From contig NZ_CP042905.2 in assembly GCF_008000775.2 (NCBI RefSeq), forward strand, positions 780,001-812,000: a DNA stretch of 32,000 bases, in the 5' to 3' direction. Of the stretch, positions 1-9,049 are shown one piece after another. Every line of letters starts with the position of its first letter. The stretch's first letter is position 1. Under the pieces are notes generated by a model, which was not told where the DNA came from, searched no databases, and worked only from the letters and a program-made list of their open reading frames with translations. The stretch comes from Promethearchaeum syntrophicum (lineage in GTDB: Archaea; Asgardarchaeota; Lokiarchaeia; Sigyniarchaeales; Promethearchaeaceae). The position numbers and the translations under genes are program-made.

Positions 1-1038
1 CCTTTTTTTGATGAAAAACTAAAACCAAATTGCAGAAATTATAAAAAAATATTAACAAACATAGTAGAGATCATTAGTAAATTTAATAATTTAAATGGGA
101 AAATTTCAATTAATTTTGAATATCTACCTTATATTGAATATTCTATAAAAATTGCTCAGATTTTTGCAGAGAAAGATGTACTTAGGGTAAATATAAATTC
201 AAAATTGAAGAACTATGAATCCGGAGCAATACCAACTGAAATCAAGGAAGAAATTTCTAAAAATCTAAAATTTTTCAAACAAAAAATCAAATATCTATTA
301 ATAGAATACGAAAGATTATGGAAATTTTGTGCGAAGGAACCGAATCTTCAATATCCGTTAACAAAATTTAAAAATCTATATAAATTTATTGAAGAGAAAG
401 AAAAACAAATAGAAAATGATATCACTTTTATAAATCCACTATTACCTTCAGCTTATATCTGGACTAATGAACGTATTTCCTATCCAAAATCAAGGTATTT
501 TCGAAAAGAAATCTATATTGAGGGGAAAATCTTAGAAGCAAAAATTCAAGCAATTATTGGCAATTTTGGTCATATTTCCATTAATGGGGAATATATTGGA
601 ACTGTTTCAAGTCGTTTTTCGCTTTCAATTCTGCCTTTGAAAAATTCAATTCGCGTTTTTGATATTAAAAACCATTTAAAAACAGGGAAAAATATAATTG
701 AGATAGATGCTAACCATTATCTCGAAACTAAGGGATTTTTAAATATATATATGGTGTATAAAGAAGAAAAATTAGATAAATCGATTCTAAATCACGAAAT
801 TATATCTGATTCTTCATGGATGTATATTTATGATAAAACCCCAATTGAAAAAAAATGGAAAAGTGTCAAAGTTCTCGGTTATTCACCAAAAATTAATAGT
901 TATATATACAAACCTTCTTTACTTGATGGAGAAAGAAGTTATACCGAGGATACCTTTGGTTTTAAAAATCGCTATTATTTCATTTCTCTAATATTTGGAA
1001 AATTTCTTGCCAAAATTATTCGATTTTTCATAGCTTAA
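1..1038 (+). CDS. C-terminal part of a larger protein with a glycoside-hydrolase-associated beta-sandwich/galactose-binding-like domain (GH2/rhamnosidase-like)
   Basis: Frame 1 is open from base 1 through the TTG at 205, so the listed 277 aa ORF is truncated. The segment 'IYIEGKILEAKIQAIIGNFGHISINGEYIGTV...FDIKNHLKTGKNIIEIDANHYLETKG' resembles the 'ING..VG...fDvt..L..G.N.I.V.a..y' pattern of sugar-enzyme accessory domains. Confidence 0.5.
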   Translation, partial: PFFDEKLKPNCRNYKKILTNIVEIISKFNNLNGKISINFEYLPYIEYSIKIAQIFAEKDVLRVNINSKLKNYESGAIPTEIKEEISKNLKFFKQKIKYLLIEYERLWKFCAKEPNLQYPLTKFKNLYKFIEEKEKQIENDITFINPLLPSAYIWTNERISYPKSRYFRKEIYIEGKILEAKIQAIIGNFGHISINGEYIGTVSSRFSLSILPLKNSIRVFDIKNHLKTGKNIIEIDANHYLETKGFLNIYMVYKEEKLDKSILNHEIISDSSWMYIYDKTPIEKKWKSVKVLGYSPKINSYIYKPSLLDGERSYTEDTFGFKNRYYFISLIFGKFLAKIIRFFIA

Positions 1039-1088
1039 CACAAGATAAGATAAAATTTTTTTACTTAGTATTTCTTAATCCATTTAAT

Positions 1089-2426
1089 ATGGAACTTTTG
1101 TTTATAGATTGTGAATATTCGGGCATTTCAGGGGATTTATTGTTATCAAGCTTAAGTTCCATAATAGGAATTGATAAAGTAAAAGCTTATCTCGAAAAAA
1201 TTTTAAATAATCTCCCAGTAAAGCAAAATTTTTCAATGGATTTCATATCTAAGAAAACCAATGGTATTATAGGAAATTATTTCAATTTTCAAATAAAAAA
1301 TCACGATTTAAATTCTCATCTAGCTACAATTTCTTCCAAAAAAGATCAAAATTTTGTTGTTCGTCCAGAAAAACATGACCATTCTACATATAAAATTCAG
1401 GATATGAGAAAAGATCTTAATTTAGCATTAAATTTATTTGATTCCAAAGAAACTACTAAGGAAGTTGCACGAATTGCTTTGGAAAAGATTTTTTCTGCGG
1501 AATCTCAAGTTCATGGTATTCCATTAGAGGAAGTTCATCTACATGAAATTGGATCAATAGATACAATTATCGATATATCTGGTACTATGTTCTGTCTTCA
1601 AGAATTGGGAGTATTTAATGAAACTAACAATACACAAATTTTTATTTCACCAGTTAACGTTGGAAATGGAAAAATTAAAACTGCACACGGAATAATGCAA
1701 GTTCCTGCTCCCGCTACCGCTAAAATATTAGAATTAAACCAAATTAGCTTTATTTTTGGCGCAGTCAATTTTGAACTTGCGACACCTACTGGGGTTGCGA
1801 TATTAGCTAGTCTTAAAGAATTAAAATTACTTTCAGAAAAAAAACCAACGTTTCCATATAAAATAAAAAAAATTGGAAAGGGTGTTGGAACTTATGACTT
1901 ACCAAATCAAGCAAATTTATTACGAGTTTTTTATGGATATAAAGAAAATTTGACCTATAATGACAATAAAACAAATCGTTATTCAACAATTTACACTTTA
2001 AAAACGAATATTGATGATATTCGGGGTGAAATACTCGGATTTCTAATTACAAAATTGATGGAGAAAGGCGCTTTAGATGTTACCATTATTCCAACCATAA
2101 CAAAGAAAAATAGACCGGGTTATCTTATTACGGTCATTACCAATAAAGATAAAATTGATATTCTGACAGAATTGTTGATCAAAGAAACGGGAACTTTAGG
2201 AGTTAGAATACTAAAAGAACAGAGATATTGTTTGAAGAGAAAGATTCAAGAGCATAAAATTTCTATTGAAGGAAATGATTTTGTAATACATGAAAAAATA
2301 GCTATGGACCACAATGGAACTATCATCAAAAAAAAAATAGAATTTGAAGATCTCAAAAATGTCGCTGATAAATTACATCTTTCTATTCGTGAAGTTGAAA
2401 ATTTACTTAGAAATTTAATTAAGTGA
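1089..2426 (+). CDS. larC: Nickel-pincer cofactor biosynthesis protein LarC (DUF111 family), full length in one ORF
   Basis: ATG start; motifs 'FIDCEYSGISGDLLLSSL', 'HGIPLEEVHLHEIGSIDTIIDISG', 'PVNVGNGKIKTAHGIMQVPAPATAKIL', 'ELATPTGVAIL', 'KTNIDDIRGE'. Confidence 0.93.
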   Translation: MELLFIDCEYSGISGDLLLSSLSSIIGIDKVKAYLEKILNNLPVKQNFSMDFISKKTNGIIGNYFNFQIKNHDLNSHLATISSKKDQNFVVRPEKHDHSTYKIQDMRKDLNLALNLFDSKETTKEVARIALEKIFSAESQVHGIPLEEVHLHEIGSIDTIIDISGTMFCLQELGVFNETNNTQIFISPVNVGNGKIKTAHGIMQVPAPATAKILELNQISFIFGAVNFELATPTGVAILASLKELKLLSEKKPTFPYKIKKIGKGVGTYDLPNQANLLRVFYGYKENLTYNDNKTNRYSTIYTLKTNIDDIRGEILGFLITKLMEKGALDVTIIPTITKKNRPGYLITVITNKDKIDILTELLIKETGTLGVRILKEQRYCLKRKIQEHKISIEGNDFVIHEKIAMDHNGTIIKKKIEFEDLKNVADKLHLSIREVENLLRNLIK

Positions 2427-2487
2427 TTATCTAGTAAAAATTATTAAATATTTGTGATGATTTTAATAAAAGTATACTAAGTAGGAT

Positions 2488-2949
2488 TTGATTTTTATTC
2501 CAATAATTAGCTTCAATATTTCAGATAATCTGAAGATGTTCCTTAAACGCATGGTTACCAAAGAGGAATATAAAAATAATTCATACGTTATTCGAGAAGC
2601 GCTTATTCGGTTAATGAATGAGAAAGATGGTGCGCTAAGTGGGACTGGGGCTATTGATGTTGAAAGCGAAAGTCAATTAGATCCTTCATCTTTACTCCCA
2701 AAATTGTCAGCTAGTTTACTAGTTTCAATTAAAGAGGGAGATTCTAAAACTGAGAAGAAAATCAATAAACTTGAAATAAGTTATCATGATACGATAGTTC
2801 ATAAAATATCTTTTAATATTGCAGGTTTTAAGACACTTACTTATATTTTAGAGAATAATTTACCCGTTATCCAAAGTTTTATTACAGAATTGAATTCTCT
2901 CAAAGATTTGCAATCTTTCAGATATATTATCAACACACCTGAAGAATAA
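2488..2949 (+). CDS. NikR-like ribbon-helix-helix regulator with ACT-like C-terminal domain
   Basis: N-terminal 'ISFNISDNLKMFLKRMV...NNSYVIREALIRLM' RHH pattern; C-terminal 'KKINKLEISYHDTIVHKISFNIAGFKTLTYILENNLPVIQSFITELNSLKDLQSFRYI' aligns without gaps to the NikR metal-binding region. Confidence 0.7.
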   Translation: MIFIPIISFNISDNLKMFLKRMVTKEEYKNNSYVIREALIRLMNEKDGALSGTGAIDVESESQLDPSSLLPKLSASLLVSIKEGDSKTEKKINKLEISYHDTIVHKISFNIAGFKTLTYILENNLPVIQSFITELNSLKDLQSFRYIINTPEE

Positions 2950-2952
2950 AAA

Positions 2953-3933
2953 TCAATATTTCTTTTTCAATAAACTATAAAAAAATGCATCCATATCATC
3001 CCGATTAGGGTATATTCTACGTGTTTTAAGAAGTTCCATTCCGAAACTTTTATTTTCTATATTATTAAAACCAGGATGGCCAAAATCTGCATTGGGCTCA
3101 ATTATTTCAATATTTCTATATTTTTTAAGAATTTCTGCAATTAATTCTTCATTTTCTTGATAGTGAAAAGAACAAGTGGAATACATTAGAAGACCTCCAG
3201 GTTTCAGCATTTCAATAGCAGATTTTAATAAGCTCTTTTGGATTTGCACCATTCTTTTGATATTTAGATCATTTTTAGCCTTTTTTATATGAGGATCCAC
3301 ACGAATTATTCCGCTTCCCGTACAAGGAGCGTCCAATAGGATTTTATCAGGAATAAACATGGGTTTGAGAAATTTTGCAATTTGACTCGAATCATACGGA
3401 AAAATCACACAATTATTGATACCCATGCGTTTTACATTAGAACTTAAAGCTGCAATCCTAGATTCCTTATTATCAATTGCTATAATTAGGCCTTCTTGTT
3501 TCAAAAATTGACCTATTTGTGTTGTTTTACTCCCAGGTGCTGCACACATATCTAAAATATTATCCCCCGGTTCAGGGTAAAGCAAATGAACAGGGACCAT
3601 AGATGCTAAACTTTGCATATAATAGAATCCTTGAAGATATTCATGAGTATTTCCAAGCCCTATTCTACTTTGGGATGAATCTACTTGAAATGCATAGTCA
3701 AATTGTGTTGGTTTTACACGAAAACCTTTTTTTTCTAATAATATTTTTAGTTTTTCTGGAGTTATTTTAAGAGTATTTATTCTAATCGTTTCACGAGGTT
3801 GTCGGCTAAATGCATTGATTACCGCTAAATGTTCATCCGGAAAATTGATCATTATTTGCTTGATCATAAATGGAGCATAATTGTATCTCTCTGCCAATTC
3901 AAGTATTTTATCAGAATATTGTGGATCTGTCAT
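2953..3933 (-). CDS. RsmB/NOP2/Sun-family RNA cytosine-C5 methyltransferase
   Basis: 'NILDMCAAPGSKTTQIGQ' SAM motif, 'ILLDAPCTGSG' and 'LMYSTCSFHYQENEE' (two catalytic Cys motifs). Confidence 0.93.
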   Translation of the reverse strand: MTDPQYSDKILELAERYNYAPFMIKQIMINFPDEHLAVINAFSRQPRETIRINTLKITPEKLKILLEKKGFRVKPTQFDYAFQVDSSQSRIGLGNTHEYLQGFYYMQSLASMVPVHLLYPEPGDNILDMCAAPGSKTTQIGQFLKQEGLIIAIDNKESRIAALSSNVKRMGINNCVIFPYDSSQIAKFLKPMFIPDKILLDAPCTGSGIIRVDPHIKKAKNDLNIKRMVQIQKSLLKSAIEMLKPGGLLMYSTCSFHYQENEELIAEILKKYRNIEIIEPNADFGHPGFNNIENKSFGMELLKTRRIYPNRDDMDAFFYSLLKKKY

Positions 3934-3935
3934 TT

Positions 3936-4703
3936 TTATCCCCCTCTTCGTAAATAATATCCTGCATCGGTCAAGTTAATAAGTGAAACATTAAAATTCT
4001 GGGATCGGCTATGAACATCCCATTTTTTTTGTCCGGGCTCTTCAGGTTTTTTTTGTCCTGCTTGTTTTACTAATAATAATGCAATTCCAATGTAATTATC
4101 ATTTTGATTTATTACAAAAATTATTTTTTTCTTAATAAGTTTAGACGTATTGCTTAAAGCATCCTCAAAATCAATATCTGATCCATAAAGAAAGGATCTT
4201 TCTCCTTTTCCATTCAATTTGATTGTTTGAATGTCTTTAAGTAATTCGGGATGGTCGTTTACAATAAAGTCATAAATAAATCGTCCCCCTTCATAGGAAA
4301 GGAAAAATGCTCTCACATATCCAGAATGAGTTCTTTTCGGACGCACGTATCCTAAATGAATACCTGCATGCATTAAAGGTAAATCTCTTGAAAGTTTTTT
4401 TACCATCTTACTCATAGATGTTGGAACAAGAAAAACATCTCGAGTTTTTCCCTCAAATTGATATAATACGTAGTTATTACTTTGTGCAAATAGATCATAT
4501 AAATTTAATGCAATGGTTTTAAAATAATCTCTAATCATCTGTATATTTGTTGAATTTAAGGTAACAAATTTTGTTTCACGCATTAAATTGCGATTATTAT
4601 ATGATTTGGATTTTTTTTTTGGAGGATTTTTTCTTTGTTTGTTAAATTTCTTGTCTTTTGGTCTGGTCGAGCCTTTAAAATCCTTCCTACCATTACGTTC
4701 CAT
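3936..4703 (-). CDS. NIP7-like PUA-domain protein with basic N-terminal extension
   Basis: C-terminal 'GERSFLYGSDI...KKIIFVINQNDNYIGIALL...FNVSLINLTDAGYYLRRGG' matches the NIP7 pattern 'EQSFLYGNHV...GVVVYSM.D.PLGFGV...DIGEYLR.E'; 30+ aa Lys/Arg-rich N-terminus. Confidence 0.65.
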   Translation of the reverse strand: MERNGRKDFKGSTRPKDKKFNKQRKNPPKKKSKSYNNRNLMRETKFVTLNSTNIQMIRDYFKTIALNLYDLFAQSNNYVLYQFEGKTRDVFLVPTSMSKMVKKLSRDLPLMHAGIHLGYVRPKRTHSGYVRAFFLSYEGGRFIYDFIVNDHPELLKDIQTIKLNGKGERSFLYGSDIDFEDALSNTSKLIKKKIIFVINQNDNYIGIALLLVKQAGQKKPEEPGQKKWDVHSRSQNFNVSLINLTDAGYYLRRGG

Positions 4704-4740
4704 TTTTTATTATCGATAGTTTAAAATGTTGCATAGCCAA

Positions 4741-5196
4741 TTAATTTTTCTTCACAAATTTCGAAACGAATTTCACAGCAAATAGCAAACCATTAAATAC
4801 ACCAGTTATGATACTGGCATAGAAACCCGCTTCGGGCCACCATTCATAGTCAGAATATACAATACCAAATCCTACTAATCCAACAATGGAAAAAATAATT
4901 GTTCCAATTGCAAAAAGCAATCCCACAAGAGAAAGATCAATTTTTATTAATTGTTTTGGAAGGATCTCATTTAAAACTACAATAATTTGCCCTAATATCG
5001 ATAAAAGAATTATTACTATAGATGCAATATCTATGAACGTTCCGTATTCACAAAATAAGCACGAATATCTTTCACCCGTGTAATATCCAGTTAGCCAAAA
5101 TCCCGCAAATTTAGAAAATAAAACTACTAAAAATCCAATAAAGCTTATTCCTAAAATTGGGAATAAAATGAATTTTCTCACGTCATATTTTTCCAT
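4741..5196 (-). CDS. Predicted membrane protein, about 4 TM segments
   Basis: Hydrophobic stretches 'FILFPILGISFIGFLVVLF', 'IASIVIILLSILGQIIVVL', 'LSLVGLLFAIGTIIFSIVGLVGFGIVY', 'FYASIITGVFNGLLFAVKFV'. Confidence 0.7.
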   Translation of the reverse strand: MEKYDVRKFILFPILGISFIGFLVVLFSKFAGFWLTGYYTGERYSCLFCEYGTFIDIASIVIILLSILGQIIVVLNEILPKQLIKIDLSLVGLLFAIGTIIFSIVGLVGFGIVYSDYEWWPEAGFYASIITGVFNGLLFAVKFVSKFVKKN

Positions 5197-5352
5197 AAAG
5201 TTTCTTTGTTGGTTTTATTTAAAATTCTTTAGATTATAATCCAAAGCAAATAAAGTAACTAAAAGTTATCAAAAACCTCTCAATTTTTAACTCAAATCAT
5301 TTTTATAGTTGAATTTCGTTGATTATTTTGGAAGAAGTAGGATAAATCTGAT

Positions 5353-5805
5353 TTGTGTTGGTGGAAAAATATGGTAAATAAAATGGTTGCTAAAAAAGAT
5401 GTGAAAGAGATGCTTGACTTTCTAATTAATGATCGGGAAATGATTTCTAAAATAAAATATAATCAATGGAAGGAAATGCATCAAACAATATCAAATGTTA
5501 CTGATATAATTGAAGAAGAACTTAAAGATTGGCATGGATCCCAAAAATTTGTTGTAAAAGGAGTAGAAATCCTCTATAAATTGCGAAAACAAACAGATGA
5601 ATTTATTAAATTATGTGAAGAACGCTATAAATTGAATAAGGGTTGGAAAGGCACCACTGGAGATTGCGCAGATGCATTTGATAATTATAGAAAAGAAACC
5701 ATCCCTCTCATTCTTACTGTATCAAGTCATTTAGAATCTGATAATCGGTTACGTTTGGAAATTGAAGAAAAATTACGTGAACACAATTACCCAGTTCTTT
5801 CTTAA
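5353..5805 (+). CDS. Hypothetical alpha-helical protein
   Basis: 150 aa ORF with no overlapping alternative; charged helical composition; no recognised motif. The start may be the internal ATG 'MVNKMVAKK' or 'MVAKK'. Confidence 0.6.
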   Translation: MCWWKNMVNKMVAKKDVKEMLDFLINDREMISKIKYNQWKEMHQTISNVTDIIEEELKDWHGSQKFVVKGVEILYKLRKQTDEFIKLCEERYKLNKGWKGTTGDCADAFDNYRKETIPLILTVSSHLESDNRLRLEIEEKLREHNYPVLS

Positions 5806-5819
5806 GAAAGAAAAAAAAT

Positions 5820-6635
5820 TTAAACAGGAATATCCCGTTTATTAAACAGCAATATTGAGGCATTAATCAGAACCACAGAATACCCAATTAGGATTAGGAA
5901 ATCTCTTACGACATTTTCATAACTATGGGAAACTATAATTCTCGAGGGATCATAGTAAAAAAATAGACTAAGGTACTTAATATTTTGAATCCCCTCATCG
6001 AAAAAGCTATAAAAAGTGCCTATTATAAAGAATAAAACTAGAATCCCAAATGCAATCCCAGTTGATTGTTTTCTTGTAAGAAAGACTGAAAAAAAGAAAG
6101 CTGTAGTAGTTAAAGATACTAAGAATACAAAAGCCCATGTTAATCCCCAAAAGAATTCAACCAGATTAATATCCTGATCTTGAAGATTGGGGGCAAATTC
6201 TATAAATAGAAAGGTTAAAATTCCAATAAAAACCATAACAAAGAAAATTGAAAAAACAAATCTCATATATCTCCCGAGTACAAATTCCCATCGTTTCAAT
6301 GGTTTACTTAAGGTTAGATCAATCGTCTTATTTTCTATAGTTGAAGGTATATCCTGTCCCGCTTGTAAGATAAAATAAATTCCAAGCCATATCCAAATCA
6401 TAGCAAGAAATTCTACTGTATAAAATCCTCCAAATGTTGCCAGATCTAATGCTCCGCCTATCATTTCCATGATAAAATCGGGATAGTTAGCTAACACTTC
6501 GTCCATACCCGCAAAGAGGTCTGGATCAAAAATAGATGAAATCATTATTACAAAAATTGACATAAAAAGCGATACCTTTAATATTCCTTTAAAGCTCTTT
6601 TTGATTTCAATTACTGCAATTGTATGCAATTTCAT
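5820..6635 (-). CDS. ABC-2 type transporter permease
   Basis: 'ENKTIDLTLSKPLKRWEFVLGRYM' followed by multiple TM segments; 4-nt overlap with the ATPase gene. Confidence 0.88.
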   Translation of the reverse strand: MKLHTIAVIEIKKSFKGILKVSLFMSIFVIMISSIFDPDLFAGMDEVLANYPDFIMEMIGGALDLATFGGFYTVEFLAMIWIWLGIYFILQAGQDIPSTIENKTIDLTLSKPLKRWEFVLGRYMRFVFSIFFVMVFIGILTFLFIEFAPNLQDQDINLVEFFWGLTWAFVFLVSLTTTAFFFSVFLTRKQSTGIAFGILVLFFIIGTFYSFFDEGIQNIKYLSLFFYYDPSRIIVSHSYENVVRDFLILIGYSVVLINASILLFNKRDIPV

Positions 6636-7609
6636 TCACTTCTCTCCTCCAATTTTTGAGTGTTATCTACGTCATAATATTTCATAAATATCTCTTCCAG
6701 ACTTGAATTGTTGATATTGAAATCTTTTATAAATTCTCCAGCCCATTTCTTTTCACTAATAATATTTAATAAAAGTCTTTTTTTATCTGGTGGAATTAAA
6801 ATTTCTATGTTAGTATAACTCTGCGATTTGATGGAAGCATTTGGACATTCACTTTGAAGATATTTTGAAAACTCTATCAAGCCATCGTTTGACGCGAACT
6901 CTAATTGAAAACTTTTCAAACCTTTCTGTTTTAGTTCGGAAATATCTGAAATCTCCACTATTTTGCCATTGCGGATAATTGCGACTCGATGACAATTATT
7001 TTCGACTTCAGAAAGGATATGTGAGCAAATAAATATTGTACAATTCGTCTTTTCTTGCTTTTCTTTCAAAATATCAAAGAATTCTGCTTGAATTAGAGGA
7101 TCCAAACCCGCAGTTGGCTCATCTAAAATTAATAATTCAAAATCACCCATGAAAGCGGTGAGTATTCCTACTTTTTGTTTGTTTCCTTTACTAAGTACTT
7201 GGATTGGTCGAGAAACATCTAATTTTAATCGTTTAGCAATTTTTAAAATCTCATCTAAGTCGAAAGAAATATCATACAACTTACTTAAATATTTACAAAT
7301 TTCAATAGCATTCAATTCAGGATCTAAACCTAGTTCCCCTGGAATATAACCAATATGGTTGCGATAAGCAGTATCTTTATTGGGGTTGATCTTTTTACCT
7401 AAAATTGCAATTTCTCCTTCTACTCCTCTTAAAAGACCTAAAATTGCTCGAATAGTAGTGGTTTTCCCCGCCCCATTCGGTCCAAGAAAACCAAATCGCT
7501 CTCCCTTTAAAACGCTGAAAGATATATCATCTACAGCTTTTACAACTTTCTTTCTAGATTTATAATATTTAACCAATTTGTCTACTCGTATTGCTTCCAG
7601 TTTATTCAC
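6632..7609 (-). CDS. ABC transporter ATP-binding protein (CcmA/NodI-like exporter type)
   Basis: Walker A 'GPNGAGKTTTIRAILGLL', signature-like 'LSKGNKQKVGILTAFM', Walker B 'LLILDEPTAGLDP'. Confidence 0.95.
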   Translation of the reverse strand: MNKLEAIRVDKLVKYYKSRKKVVKAVDDISFSVLKGERFGFLGPNGAGKTTTIRAILGLLRGVEGEIAILGKKINPNKDTAYRNHIGYIPGELGLDPELNAIEICKYLSKLYDISFDLDEILKIAKRLKLDVSRPIQVLSKGNKQKVGILTAFMGDFELLILDEPTAGLDPLIQAEFFDILKEKQEKTNCTIFICSHILSEVENNCHRVAIIRNGKIVEISDISELKQKGLKSFQLEFASNDGLIEFSKYLQSECPNASIKSQSYTNIEILIPPDKKRLLLNIISEKKWAGEFIKDFNINNSSLEEIFMKYYDVDNTQKLEERSE

Positions 7610-8813
7610 CTAAATGATAAATAACAAGCCCTGAAAGCACTTTAGGTTCAAACCATGTGCTTTTCGGAGGCATAACTCCTCCAAGATCTGCAATAGATTC
7701 TAAATCACGAATATTAACGGCATAAAGATTGAAAAATAAATCATTTCCCTTTTCTGTTACATATTTTTCCATTTCTTTTGGATCATCTAATCCTCCAACA
7801 AAGAAGATATTTTTATGAGTGCGAGGATCCTCGATTCCAAGAACTGGGCTAAACAATTTATCTTGAAGAATGGCAACATCTAATGAATCTCTTATGTTTG
7901 CAAATTTCTTGCTTTTTACTTCTAATTTATACCATTTTCCTTTACAACATAAGGCTACTTCATGTTTTTCCTTTGGATTAAATCCCTCAGTAACTGGGAT
8001 TATACAGTAAATTTCATTAAGTCTTTTCATGAAATCTTCTTCAGTTATCGGTAATTTCCTAATAACTCTATTATATGCCATTACTTTAATTTGATCATCT
8101 GATGAAACATAATTTAACAAATATTCCCAAGGTTCTTTACCTGTCGGTTTTTTACCTTCTTTTATTTTTAGTTTTCGATATTCATTTGCACTAGCACACC
8201 GATGATGACCATCCGCAATATATAATTTTTCGTTTTTGAACAGATTTTTTAGTTTTTGGATAATTTCAGGATCAGATTCCTTCCATAAAATTTGTCTATA
8301 TCCATATTTTTGAAAATCATATAATGGATCCTGTTTCTTAATATCTTCCATAACAGAATTTATTTTTTCATTAGATTTATATACGTTCCACACTAATCCA
8401 GCAGCCATATGAGTAATAGTTATATGTTTTGTTCGATCTGCTAACGGTTTTGCTCGTGTATATTCATGTTTAAGAATTCCCTTTCCATTATCGTAATCTT
8501 CCAAGGAACTCCCCATAATAAACCCTTGTTGGCTAAAATTAGGTGATTCTTGTCGATAAACAAATATTGATTGAATTTTTTCTTGAATAATTGCATTATT
8601 TTCCTTTAATTGAACCAACGCTTTCTTAGCATTTTCATATACTTCATCACCAGTTCCATCGGGTAGGATCAGATGAATAAGCGAGTTTGGGTTCTTCTTC
8701 AACTCCAATTCTTCTTGTTGGTCTATAATATCATAAGGATTTGTGCAAAATTCCTTTGGGTTTTTTGGAAGAAATGGTTTTATTGGAGATATTCTTACCA
8801 TAAATAAGTTCAA
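7602..8813 (-). CDS. DUF1015 family protein
   Basis: 'VRISPIKPFLPKN...NPYDIID', 'LYIADGHHRCASANEY', 'YNRVIRKLP'; the start may be the internal 'MVRISPIKPF' at about 8801. Overlaps the ABC ATPase start by 8 nt. Confidence 0.88.
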   Translation of the reverse strand: MNLFMVRISPIKPFLPKNPKEFCTNPYDIIDQQEELELKKNPNSLIHLILPDGTGDEVYENAKKALVQLKENNAIIQEKIQSIFVYRQESPNFSQQGFIMGSSLEDYDNGKGILKHEYTRAKPLADRTKHITITHMAAGLVWNVYKSNEKINSVMEDIKKQDPLYDFQKYGYRQILWKESDPEIIQKLKNLFKNEKLYIADGHHRCASANEYRKLKIKEGKKPTGKEPWEYLLNYVSSDDQIKVMAYNRVIRKLPITEEDFMKRLNEIYCIIPVTEGFNPKEKHEVALCCKGKWYKLEVKSKKFANIRDSLDVAILQDKLFSPVLGIEDPRTHKNIFFVGGLDDPKEMEKYVTEKGNDLFFNLYAVNIRDLESIADLGGVMPPKSTWFEPKVLSGLVIYHLGE

Positions 8814-8884
8814 TTATCCAATTTTTTTCAATTTTTTGTTTAGGCAAAATTTTTTTACTTGTAATCATTTAACATAATAGAGAA

Positions 8885-8957
8885 AGCCCCTTAGTGTAGT
8901 GGCCAAGCATAGAGGGCCCTGACCCCTTTGACCCAAGTTCGAATCTTGGAGGGGCTA
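8885..8957 (+). tRNA. tRNA-Gln (anticodon CTG), 73 nt, no encoded CCA
   Basis: Acceptor AGCCCCT (8885-8891)/AGGGGCT (8950-8956), T8, A14, G15-C48, D-loop GG at 8901-8902, anticodon stem GAGGG (8912-8916)/CCCTT (8924-8928), loop CCCTGAC, T-arm CCAAG-TTCGAAT-CTTGG. Confidence 0.92.
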
Positions 8958-9049
8958 TTTCATCTATAACCTTTAAAATTTTCCATTATGCATACGTGTC
9001 CAATGGAAATCCTAATTTTTTTTTCATTATTCCTAAAGTGATATTACAT

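Noticed and set aside
6187-7565. Plus-strand ORFs 6187-6378, 7149-7349 and 7380-7565
   Set aside because: Lie antisense to the unambiguous ABC permease and ATPase genes.
8917-8926. Reading the anticodon as GAC (Val) so that T occupies position 33
   Set aside because: That register breaks the anticodon stem; GAGGG/CCCTT pairing and the AGCCCC/GGGGCT acceptor support tRNA-Gln(CTG) with C33.
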